Source of the DNA: Candidatus Liptonbacteria bacterium RIFCSPLOWO2_01_FULL_56_20
Lineage (GTDB): Bacteria; Patescibacteriota; Minisyncoccia; UBA6257; 2-01-FULL-56-20
Length of the DNA: 54,420 nt
Direction: 5' to 3'
Assembly (NCBI GenBank): GCA_001818655.1
Contig: MHLC01000026.1
Location: forward strand, 1-54,420
Below, one piece after another: positions 13,402 to 21,494 of this stretch (the first letter of the stretch is position 1; the number at the start of each line of letters is the position of its first letter). The notes under the pieces were generated by a model. The model ran no database searches, was not told the DNA's origin, and saw only the letters and a list, made by a program, of their open reading frames with translations. A program made the position numbers and the translations under genes.

Positions 13402-16400
13402 ATGTTTTTTGGAGAAAATTTCAAACTGCCCGAAGTAGAGGAAAAGGTCTTGAAGTTCTGGAAAACAAACCGGATCTTCGAGAAAAGCCTGGCGCAGACC
13501 AGAAACGGAAAACCCTTCACCTTCTATGACGGGCCGCCTTTTGCGACCGGCCTGCCGCACTATGGCCATATCCTCGCCTCGACCATCAAGGATGTGATAC
13601 CGCGCTATCAGACGATGAGGGGGCGGTTCGTCCGTCGCCGCTGGGGCTGGGATTGTCACGGCCTGCCCGTCGAGGAGATCGTGGAGCGGAAGCTTGGCAT
13701 CTCCGGCAAGAAGCAGATCGAGAAAATTGGCATTCGGAGATTCAACGAAACGTGCCGGAACACGGTGCTTGAGTTCGTGAACGAGTGGAAAAAGACGGTC
13801 GAGCGGATCGCCCGCTGGGTGGAGTTTGATAACGCATACAAGACGATGGATCCCGACTATATGGAATCGGTCTGGTGGGCGTTCAAAGAGATGCATGAGA
13901 AGAACCTGATCTACGAGGGACGGAAAGTGCTTATGTATTGCTCGCGGTGCGAGACGCCGGTTTCGAACTTCGAGGTGGCGATGGACAACTCCTACAAGGA
14001 CGTGACAGAGGAGGCGGTAACCGTAAAGTTCAAGGTGAGGCCGGGTCAAGGCGTCGGCCGCTCGAAGCTTCCCAAAGATACATATCTTCTGGCTTGGACA
14101 ACGACGCCGTGGACTCTGCCGGGGAACGTTGCGTTGGCAGTAGGGGAAAAAATCAGCTACACCGCGCTTCGTACGCGGGGATCGAAGGAGTTATATGTCG
14201 TGGCGAGCGCAGCCGTGCCGAAACTTTTTGCGAAACAGGAGATAGAGGTCGTGCACCAGGACATCGCTGGGAAAGACCTGGTGGGCTTGGCCTACGAGCC
14301 GCTCTTTGACGTACCAGCGGTGCGGTCGGCGAAGGCGTTCAGGATTTATTCCGCCGATTTTGTTGCGATGGACGAAGGAACGGGCATCGTGCACACAGCC
14401 GTGGTCTATGGCGAAGAGGACTATGTACTAGGACAGAGGGAGGGCCTCCCGGTCGTGCCGCTCCTTGACGAAAAGGGAAAGTTTAATGATAGGGCGCCGA
14501 AGTTCCTGTGCAACACATACTTTAAGGACGCGGACCCATTGATCGTTGCCAATCTCGAGAGGCGCAAGCTTCTCTTCCGTAAGGAAAAACAGACGCATTC
14601 CTATCCGCACTGCTGGCGGTGCGGTACGCCGCTCTTCTACAACGCCATTCCCGCCTGGTTTGTGAATATTCAGAAAATGAAAAAGCAGCTCATTGCCTCG
14701 AACGCGAGAGAGATGCACTGGTACCCCGCGCACTTAAAGCATGGCCGTTATGAGAACAGCGTGAGAGAGGCGCCAGATTGGAATATTTCCCGCAACCGGT
14801 ATTGGGGGAATCCGATTCCGGCGTGGAAGTGTGAGCGGTGCGGTCGGACAGAGGTCATCGGGAGCTTGGACGAGCTTTCGGAACGCACCGGTGGGGCAAA
14901 AAACCATTACTGGGTCCTCCGGCACGGATTTGCGGAGTCCAACCTCGCGCGCACCATTGATTCCGGTCAGAGGCAATTCCACCTTACCCCTACGGGAATT
15001 ATGGAGGTAGAGACGGGCATCGCTAAGTTTAAGAAGGAACTTGCCCGTCACGGAGAAAAGATTGACCTTATCGTTTCCTCAGACATCCTCCGTGCTAAGG
15101 AGAGCGAGGCGGTTGCGGCGAAGGCGCTCGGCGTCAAAAAAATCAGTTTTGACAAGCGGCTGGAGGAAATTCGTTTGGGGAAGGGACTTTCGGGGTGCCA
15201 TGACGCGCAGTACCACAAACAATATCCGACCTATGAATCAAAGTTCGAAGAGCGCCCTAAGGGAGGCGAATCCCTAAGAGATCTTCGTGCGCGGGCATGG
15301 GGGCTTCTTGGGGGGCTTGAGGAGAGGCATCGCGGCAAGAACATATTGCTCGTGAGCCATGAGTATCCGATCTGGATGCTCTTTCATACAGGCGAGGGAT
15401 GGAGCGAAGAGCGGGCGATCACGGAAAAGAAAGGGCGGGGGGCGGATTTTATTGAAACCGGGGAGGTGCGTGAGTTGCGTTTCAGGGCCGTGCCACGCAG
15501 CGAAACCGGCGAGGTGGATCTCCACCGGCCTTATATCGATGAGATTACTCTGCGATGCAGGAAATGCGGCGGGAAAGCAAAGCGAATCGCAGAGATTTTT
15601 GATTCGTGGACCGAAGCCGGTTCGATGCCCTTCGCGGAGTACCACTACCCTTTCGAGAATAAAAAGACGTTCGAGAATAGATTCCCCGCACAATTCGTGG
15701 CCGAGTACATCGCGCAGACCCGGGCGTGGTTCTATGTGATGCATGTGGTTGGCCTCGCCCTCTTCAAAAGGGCGCCTTTCGAGCACGTGGTCACGACTGG
15801 TACCATTCTTGCGGAGGACGGCTCGAAGATGTCGAAGTCAAAAGAAAATTACCCTGACCCGTGGAACGTCATCGGAAAGTACGGCGTGGATGCACTCCGT
15901 TTCTATCTGATGAGTTCAGTCGTGATGCAGGCCGACAATTTGAACTTCAACGTACGGGATCTCGAAACGGCGTACCGTAGAGTTATCGTCACTCTGTGGA
16001 ACGTGTACAACTATTTTGCCATCTATGCGGGGGCGGCGGAGCGGAGCCGCGCCGGCCGCGTGAAGAAAACAGTCTTGGATAAGTGGATTGACGGCCGCAG
16101 AGAAGAATTAGTTCGGGCGGTAACGAGCCACATGGAGTCTTATGATACCGTGCGCGCCACGAGAGCGATCGCGGAGTATATTGACGATCTTTCGCGATGG
16201 TATCTGCGGCGCAGCCGAAAGCGAACCGACGCGGCGTTTTTTATCACGCTCCGTGATGCTCTTTTCACCGCAAGTCGAGTGATTGCTCCATTCATGCCAT
16301 ATCTTGCCGAGGTGCTCTATGGGAATATTGTGGGGCATACCACAGGAAGCAAGCATCCTGTGTCGGTGCATCTCGTTTCTTGGCCGCGGGCGGACAAGCG

Positions 16401-16920
16401 ACTGATTAACAAGAGATTGTTCAGTAAAATGGTTGAGGTGCGGCGGCTTGCAAGCGTTGCGCTCGCAAAACGCGCAGAGGCCGGTATTAAAGTGCGTCAG
16501 CCGCTGTCCGTGCTCAAGATCAAAACTCAAAAGACGGGAGTGAAGCTGGATAAGGAACTGCTCGGGATTTTAAAAGAAGAAGTGAACGTGAAAGAGGTCG
16601 TGTTTGATAAAAAACTCAAAGTGGAGGTTGAACTTGACACGAACATCACGCCGGAGCTGCGTGAAGAAGGGTTGCTCCGCGAGCTCGTCCGTATGGTCCA
16701 GGACCTGCGTCAGAAAGCTGGGCTAAGGCCCAGGGACAAGATCGTGCTCCTTGCGGAATTGCCTAAGGAAATGAGAGCCGCGGCAGTAAAACAAGAGGGT
16801 GCGCTCAAACGCGAAGTGAACGCGAGAGAGGTTCAATATAAGAAGTCGGATAAGTTCATCGCAGAGGCGCAGACAAAAACCGACGAAGGAGAGGCGTGGC
16901 TCGGGGTAAGAAAGAGTTAG
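13402..16920 (+). CDS. ileS: isoleucine--tRNA ligase (type 2) with an inserted histidine-phosphatase-like domain
   Basis: Start ATG at 13402 (MFFGENFKLPEVEEKVLKFW). PPFATGLPHYGHIL (HIGH), WTTTPWTLPGN (editing domain), KMSKSKEN. 1172 aa, about 100-130 aa longer than I recall for type-2 IleRS. The extra segment at 14899-15516 carries RHG...SH motifs. Confidence 0.9.
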   Translation: MFFGENFKLPEVEEKVLKFWKTNRIFEKSLAQTRNGKPFTFYDGPPFATGLPHYGHILASTIKDVIPRYQTMRGRFVRRRWGWDCHGLPVEEIVERKLGISGKKQIEKIGIRRFNETCRNTVLEFVNEWKKTVERIARWVEFDNAYKTMDPDYMESVWWAFKEMHEKNLIYEGRKVLMYCSRCETPVSNFEVAMDNSYKDVTEEAVTVKFKVRPGQGVGRSKLPKDTYLLAWTTTPWTLPGNVALAVGEKISYTALRTRGSKELYVVASAAVPKLFAKQEIEVVHQDIAGKDLVGLAYEPLFDVPAVRSAKAFRIYSADFVAMDEGTGIVHTAVVYGEEDYVLGQREGLPVVPLLDEKGKFNDRAPKFLCNTYFKDADPLIVANLERRKLLFRKEKQTHSYPHCWRCGTPLFYNAIPAWFVNIQKMKKQLIASNAREMHWYPAHLKHGRYENSVREAPDWNISRNRYWGNPIPAWKCERCGRTEVIGSLDELSERTGGAKNHYWVLRHGFAESNLARTIDSGQRQFHLTPTGIMEVETGIAKFKKELARHGEKIDLIVSSDILRAKESEAVAAKALGVKKISFDKRLEEIRLGKGLSGCHDAQYHKQYPTYESKFEERPKGGESLRDLRARAWGLLGGLEERHRGKNILLVSHEYPIWMLFHTGEGWSEERAITEKKGRGADFIETGEVRELRFRAVPRSETGEVDLHRPYIDEITLRCRKCGGKAKRIAEIFDSWTEAGSMPFAEYHYPFENKKTFENRFPAQFVAEYIAQTRAWFYVMHVVGLALFKRAPFEHVVTTGTILAEDGSKMSKSKENYPDPWNVIGKYGVDALRFYLMSSVVMQADNLNFNVRDLETAYRRVIVTLWNVYNYFAIYAGAAERSRAGRVKKTVLDKWIDGRREELVRAVTSHMESYDTVRATRAIAEYIDDLSRWYLRRSRKRTDAAFFITLRDALFTASRVIAPFMPYLAEVLYGNIVGHTTGSKHPVSVHLVSWPRADKRLINKRLFSKMVEVRRLASVALAKRAEAGIKVRQPLSVLKIKTQKTGVKLDKELLGILKEEVNVKEVVFDKKLKVEVELDTNITPELREEGLLRELVRMVQDLRQKAGLRPRDKIVLLAELPKEMRAAAVKQEGALKREVNAREVQYKKSDKFIAEAQTKTDEGEAWLGVRKS

Positions 16921-17960
16921 GCAGTAAGCCCGAGTCGTTTTTTTACTTCCTCGATTTTTTTATTCGCTATCTCGGCGGCTTTTTTAGAGCCCTCAAGGAG
17001 TACTTGCCTTAAGAATTCACGCTTAGATACGAGTTCTTTTTTCTTCATACGAATACCGACAAACTCATTATGGATCGCCTGACATACATCTGATTTAAAT
17101 TCGACATAACTCTTTCCTTTAAAGCGTCCCTCAACCTCCGGAATATCAATGTCCTTGAGAGCCGCATAAATCGTAAGGAGATTACTTACTCCGGGCTTTT
17201 TATCGGGGTCATATTTCACATCTGAACCGGAATCGGTCACTGCGCTCATAATTTTTGGTTGAAATTCAGCATCCTCTTCGTCGATAAAAAGACATCCTGT
17301 CGGCTCTGACTTGGACATTTTCTTTTCCGGATTGCTCAAGCTCATCACGCGGGGAGTTTTGGTCAAAAGCGGCTGCGGTTCAACAAATGTTTTACCGAAT
17401 TTTGCGTTGAACTTGCGCGCAAGCGTGCGGGTGAGTTCCAGGTGCTGGAGCTGGTCTTCTCCCACTGGCACGAATTTCGCGTCGTAGAGCAGAATGTCTG
17501 CGGCCATAAGAACGGGGTAGTCAAAGAGGCCGGCGTTTTCAAACTCGCGCATATCAACCCCATCCTGGAGGATCCCTTTTTCGACGATGGCTGGGACACG
17601 AGCCAGCAGTTTTTCTTTATATTGTGTCATCCGTCGAAGTTCTCCTATTGGCGTAATCGTATTCAAAATCCATGCGAGTTCTGAGTGTGCAGGAATCCGT
17701 GACTGGAGAAAAAGCACGGATTTTTTGGGGTCAAGACCTGCGGCCAGAAAATCCGCAAGGAGATTCAAAGTCTGTTCAGGTTTTTCTTTCGGGTCGAAAT
17801 CTTCGGTCAGCGAATGCAGGTCCGCGATGAAAAAATAACAGGAATATTTGCCGGAGTTCTGGAGCTCCACGAAGTTCTTCAGGGCGCCCAGGTAGTTGCC
17901 GACATGAAGCCGGCCTGTGGGTTGGACTCCGGAAATAAGGACTGGCTTAGGCATAAGCAT
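16917..17960 (-). CDS. trpS: tryptophan--tRNA ligase
   Basis: ISGVQPTGRLHVGNYLGAL (HIGH-type) and KMSKSEP. Convergent with ileS, overlapping it by 4 nt. Confidence 0.9.
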   Translation of the reverse strand: MLMPKPVLISGVQPTGRLHVGNYLGALKNFVELQNSGKYSCYFFIADLHSLTEDFDPKEKPEQTLNLLADFLAAGLDPKKSVLFLQSRIPAHSELAWILNTITPIGELRRMTQYKEKLLARVPAIVEKGILQDGVDMREFENAGLFDYPVLMAADILLYDAKFVPVGEDQLQHLELTRTLARKFNAKFGKTFVEPQPLLTKTPRVMSLSNPEKKMSKSEPTGCLFIDEEDAEFQPKIMSAVTDSGSDVKYDPDKKPGVSNLLTIYAALKDIDIPEVEGRFKGKSYVEFKSDVCQAIHNEFVGIRMKKKELVSKREFLRQVLLEGSKKAAEIANKKIEEVKKRLGLTA

Positions 17961-17977
17961 GATGTCAAAATGACGAC

Positions 17978-18352
17978 TTAGAATCGAAAATCATTTTGTC
18001 TAACCGAGATACACCACTGCGGAGAGAATTTTAGATTCTTTAATGTCTGATTTTTGTCAAAGATGGCGAGCCTGGGTTTTTCGTTGACATTACATACAAT
18101 GTAAAGAAAAAAATTGTCTTCGCGTTGCAGAGCTTTAAAATTGTACTCGTTGAAGTTCGCGAATCCAGGGTAGTTTGCTCTGAATCCTTTTACTTCTATT
18201 TTACGCCCTCGCGATTCTACGTCGTATCCAAGGTGCTGTGAGGCAACGTTTCTTGCGGGTCCTCGACGATGCTGTTTTTCAAAAGATGCCACAAATTCTA
18301 TTGCACGTTGTTCAATCAATCTATTATTAGTTCTTTTGCCGTCGCTTTCCAT
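17978..18352 (-). CDS. small PD-(D/E)xK nuclease-like protein (DUF3883-like)
   Basis: GYDVESRGRKIEVKGF......FNEYNFKALQREDNFFLYIV matches the D...E-x-K core and the DUF3883 pattern. The gene sits in a conspicuously AT-rich islet. Confidence 0.6.
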   Translation of the reverse strand: MESDGKRTNNRLIEQRAIEFVASFEKQHRRGPARNVASQHLGYDVESRGRKIEVKGFRANYPGFANFNEYNFKALQREDNFFLYIVCNVNEKPRLAIFDKNQTLKNLKFSPQWCISVRQNDFRF

Positions 18353-18366
18353 ACGATACTTATTTT

Positions 18367-20151
18367 TTAGATCTCTATGACAACCGGCAAGATCATTGGT
18401 CTCCGCTTGGTCTTATTGTACAAGAATTGGCCGATCTGGTCGCGGATGAGCGTTTTCACGTAATCCGATTCCGTGGGCTGGTAGCGCGGGAGGCGCGCGA
18501 TGAGCCCGCGGATGCGCTTCCGGATCTCTTCGATGATCTCCTGATTTTCTTTGATGTAGATGAACCCGCGGGAGATGATGTCGGGATTTTTGAGCAGCCG
18601 GCCGTGGTTGCGGTCAATGGTCGCGATCACGACGATCATGCCCTCTTGCGCCAAGTTCCTCCGGTCGCGGAGCACGACTTCTTCCACGTCGCCCACGCCC
18701 AAGCCGTCTACCATTACATAGAACGCCGGTATGGCCTCGTCGGTCACGCGGAAGCTGTCTTTTCCCAGCTCGGCGACTTGACCGTTGTCCATAAGGAACA
18801 CGTTCTCTTTGCGGATGCCGACCTCGTGCGCCGATTGGGCGTTCGCCGCGCGCATGAAGTAATACCCGTGCACCGGCACGAGGAATTTCGGGTTGATGAG
18901 CTTCATCACGAGCTTGAGGTCGTCCTTGGGCGCGTGGCCGCTTGAATGGATATCGATGAGGTCGGAATGGAACACGATCGCGCCTTGGCGGCTCAGATTG
19001 TCCTTGATGACCTGGACACTCCGCTCGTTTCCGGGGATGACCGAGGATGAGAGCGCAACGGTATCGCCCGGCTTGATCTTTATCTGCCGGTGCTCGCCGG
19101 TGATGATCTTCATCAGGCTCGCGTTCGCTTCGCCCTGGGCGCCGGTCGAGAGGATAAGGAGCTTGTTGTCGTGGTACTTATGGATCTCTTCGAGCGTGAC
19201 GATGGTGCCCTGTTTCGCCTTGATGAAGCCGAGGTTCTGGGCGATCTGCACGTTCGCCCTCATGGAATAGCCGGAGAGCGCCACTTTGCGCCCGAGTTTT
19301 TCCGCGATCTTGATGATCTCGGCGATGCGCGTGAGCAGCGAGGCGAACGTGGCGACGATGATGCGGCCCTCCGCTTTCCGGAAGATCTCTTCGAGGTTCT
19401 TTTCCACGGTCCGCTCCGAGAGAGAATGTCCCTCTTCTTCGGCGTTCGTGCTGTCGATCATGAAGGTATGGACGCCCATTTTCCCGATGCGTTCGAACTC
19501 TTCAAGGCCGTGCGGATTGCCCGCTTCGTCGTAGTCGATCCTGAAATCCGCGAAGTGCACGATGTTTCCCACGGGCGTCCCCAGCACCACGCCGGTAGTT
19601 TCTGGAATGGTATGGGGTACGCCGAAGAAATGCGCCTCGAAATAGTTCGAGAGCTTCACGCGCTCGCCGCTCTTTACGACCTGTACGTGCAGCTTGGGGC
19701 TGTTCGGAAAATCTTCCTGTCGTTTCTCGATGATGGCTTTCGTGAGCGAAGTGGCGTAGATCGGAGGGTTGCCGAGGCGCTCGACGATGTGCGGGAGGGC
19801 GCCGATGTGGTCGTAGTGCGCATGGGTAAGGATGATGGCTTGGATGTTGGATTTGCGCGGCTCGAGGTACGAGATGTTCGGGATGATGTAGTCGATGCCG
19901 GGCGTTTCTTCTTCGGGGAATTGGAGCCCCGCGTCAATCAGCACGACCTCGTTCTTATACTCAAAGAACATGCAATTCCGGCCGACCTCTTCGAGGCCGC
20001 CTAATGGCACAAAGCGGACGGCGAGGTCGCCGCGCTCTGTTTTTTTATGCGCTGCTTGTTCGGGCCGTTCGCGCTTCCTCGCATCGCCTTCGCTCCGGCG
20101 GAACAGGTGAGGAGCGGCTGACCGCGTGCGCCCTAATGGTTTTCTCATCAT
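18367..20151 (-). CDS. rnj: ribonuclease J
   Basis: Metallo-beta-lactamase motif ILTHAHYDHIGALP, a beta-CASP region and the RNase J C-terminal domain. Start set at the ATGATG at 20151-20146. The longer GTG start at 20220 would run through the tRNA-like element. Confidence 0.85.
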   Translation of the reverse strand: MMRKPLGRTRSAAPHLFRRSEGDARKRERPEQAAHKKTERGDLAVRFVPLGGLEEVGRNCMFFEYKNEVVLIDAGLQFPEEETPGIDYIIPNISYLEPRKSNIQAIILTHAHYDHIGALPHIVERLGNPPIYATSLTKAIIEKRQEDFPNSPKLHVQVVKSGERVKLSNYFEAHFFGVPHTIPETTGVVLGTPVGNIVHFADFRIDYDEAGNPHGLEEFERIGKMGVHTFMIDSTNAEEEGHSLSERTVEKNLEEIFRKAEGRIIVATFASLLTRIAEIIKIAEKLGRKVALSGYSMRANVQIAQNLGFIKAKQGTIVTLEEIHKYHDNKLLILSTGAQGEANASLMKIITGEHRQIKIKPGDTVALSSSVIPGNERSVQVIKDNLSRQGAIVFHSDLIDIHSSGHAPKDDLKLVMKLINPKFLVPVHGYYFMRAANAQSAHEVGIRKENVFLMDNGQVAELGKDSFRVTDEAIPAFYVMVDGLGVGDVEEVVLRDRRNLAQEGMIVVIATIDRNHGRLLKNPDIISRGFIYIKENQEIIEEIRKRIRGLIARLPRYQPTESDYVKTLIRDQIGQFLYNKTKRRPMILPVVIEI

Positions 20152-20279
20152 TGCTGGTTTGATTTTCGTGCCAAAGGGAGGATACGAACCCCTGGTGATC
20201 GTGCGACCGCCACGAAGCACTTTTGTGGGCAGGGAGGGACTTGTCCGCCGGAGGCGGATCCGCCTTTGGCGGAAACCCT

Positions 20280-20366
20280 TGGTGCCCTCCAGAGGATTTG
20301 AACCTCTACGGGATTACTCCCACAAGCTCCTGAAGCTTGCGCGTCTGCCAGTTCCGCCAGGAGGGC
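20280..20366 (-). tRNA. tRNA-Leu (anticodon CAG), CCA encoded
   Basis: The reverse complement folds as GCCCTCC / D-arm / CAAGC-TTCAGGA-GCTTG / long variable arm TGGGAGTAATCCCGT / AGAGG-TTCAAAT-CCTCT / GGAGGGC-A-CCA. 87 nt. Confidence 0.85.
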
Positions 20367-20491
20367 AATATAGCTCATTTATAGTTGTAAAAGGTGGGGG
20401 CGTGTTTGCCAGTTTCACCACCTGCCCTTGTGTGTATCATAACGCGCGTGCGGGATGTGTCTGTCAACTCCCTGGTCCGACACGACCTAGC

Positions 20492-21484
20492 TTATGCGTG
20501 CTTCATCAGCCGTTTGAGTTCGTCAACTACCGCTGTTTCTCCCGGATCCCTATGATTCAATTTCGCTAGGAAGTAGGTCGCCCAGTCAGCCAAAAGAATG
20601 GTTCGCCAGGTTTTCTCAAGGCGCGTGCGGCCCTGAAGAGGGAGCGAGATGACCTGCGCCCCCCATTTCTTGAGGAGCTGTTCAGTGATGCGGGATCGTT
20701 TTTGGAGGCGTGGCGAAGTGCGGTGGTCGGTCAAAAAGATCGCCGCGCTTTTTACCCCCGCGCGCTTTAAGCTCACGATTTCGTTATGCGTCATCTCGGG
20801 CAGGGCGTTCGTGAACGCAAGCGCTTTCGCAGTTTCATTCAGTGCTATTTTCCACAGATAGCCCAGTTGTTTGTTCGTCTCGTCGGTATAGACGAGGACA
20901 AGGGGGCGGCGGATCTTCGTTGCTACATGCTTCCCTGCTGTTTGAAAAGCTCTCGGTTTGAGCGAGGTAAATTCAGGAATTGATCGGGGAATTACGTCTG
21001 CAGCGCGGAGAATTTGAGCCAGTCCATAAAACATTCTACCCGTTGCTTGGCGCGGCGTCAAGCCGGCGGCGGCAAAGGTTACGAGGGGCGTGTGGTGGCG
21101 CTCGGCGAGACGCTTGAGTTCGCCGCCGGTCGCAAGCGCGGCCATGGCCGGTCGCGGGCGCCTCCGGAGGAGCGCGCGGAATCCCGAGAGCGTTTCCTCG
21201 GTGTTCCCGGAGAACGACACAAAGGCATAGAGGGGTCGTTTCAGGTGATAGGCGGCGGCAATGTCGCCTCTCCAGTAATCTTTGAGCGACACCACGGGAA
21301 TCCGGAGGCCGATTTCCTGCGATACGGTCTTTGCGATCTCTCCTGCGAGCCCCGAGCCGCCCATCCCGCTTACAATGATGCCGTCCGGCCGAGCAGAGCT
21401 AAGGAGCTTGAGACGCGAACACGTGAGGCCGGACGCTCCCAGCTGGCGGTTGAACTCAAGAATATTTTTCTGAAATACGTCCAT
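20492..21484 (-). CDS. bifunctional phosphoglucose/phosphomannose isomerase (SIS family, archaeal type)
   Basis: 330 aa. IIVSGMGGSGLAGEI and a second SIS half. Overall pattern of PGI/PMI family proteins. Confidence 0.7.
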   Translation of the reverse strand: MDVFQKNILEFNRQLGASGLTCSRLKLLSSARPDGIIVSGMGGSGLAGEIAKTVSQEIGLRIPVVSLKDYWRGDIAAAYHLKRPLYAFVSFSGNTEETLSGFRALLRRRPRPAMAALATGGELKRLAERHHTPLVTFAAAGLTPRQATGRMFYGLAQILRAADVIPRSIPEFTSLKPRAFQTAGKHVATKIRRPLVLVYTDETNKQLGYLWKIALNETAKALAFTNALPEMTHNEIVSLKRAGVKSAAIFLTDHRTSPRLQKRSRITEQLLKKWGAQVISLPLQGRTRLEKTWRTILLADWATYFLAKLNHRDPGETAVVDELKRLMKHA

Positions 21485-21494
21485 GCTTCAAAGA

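Noticed and set aside
18367-20220. Full 617-aa RNase J ORF starting at the GTG at 20220
   Set aside because: The first 23 codons would be translated from the tRNA-like structured element. The ATGATG at 20151 leaves a plausible basic N-terminal extension.
20169-20270. The tRNA-like element as tRNA-Sec or as SRP (4.5S) RNA
   Set aside because: There is no UCA anticodon loop or 6-bp D-stem that would fit tRNA-Sec. There is no GGAA tetraloop or AGCA symmetric-loop motif of SRP helix 8. It is kept as an unclassified finding instead.
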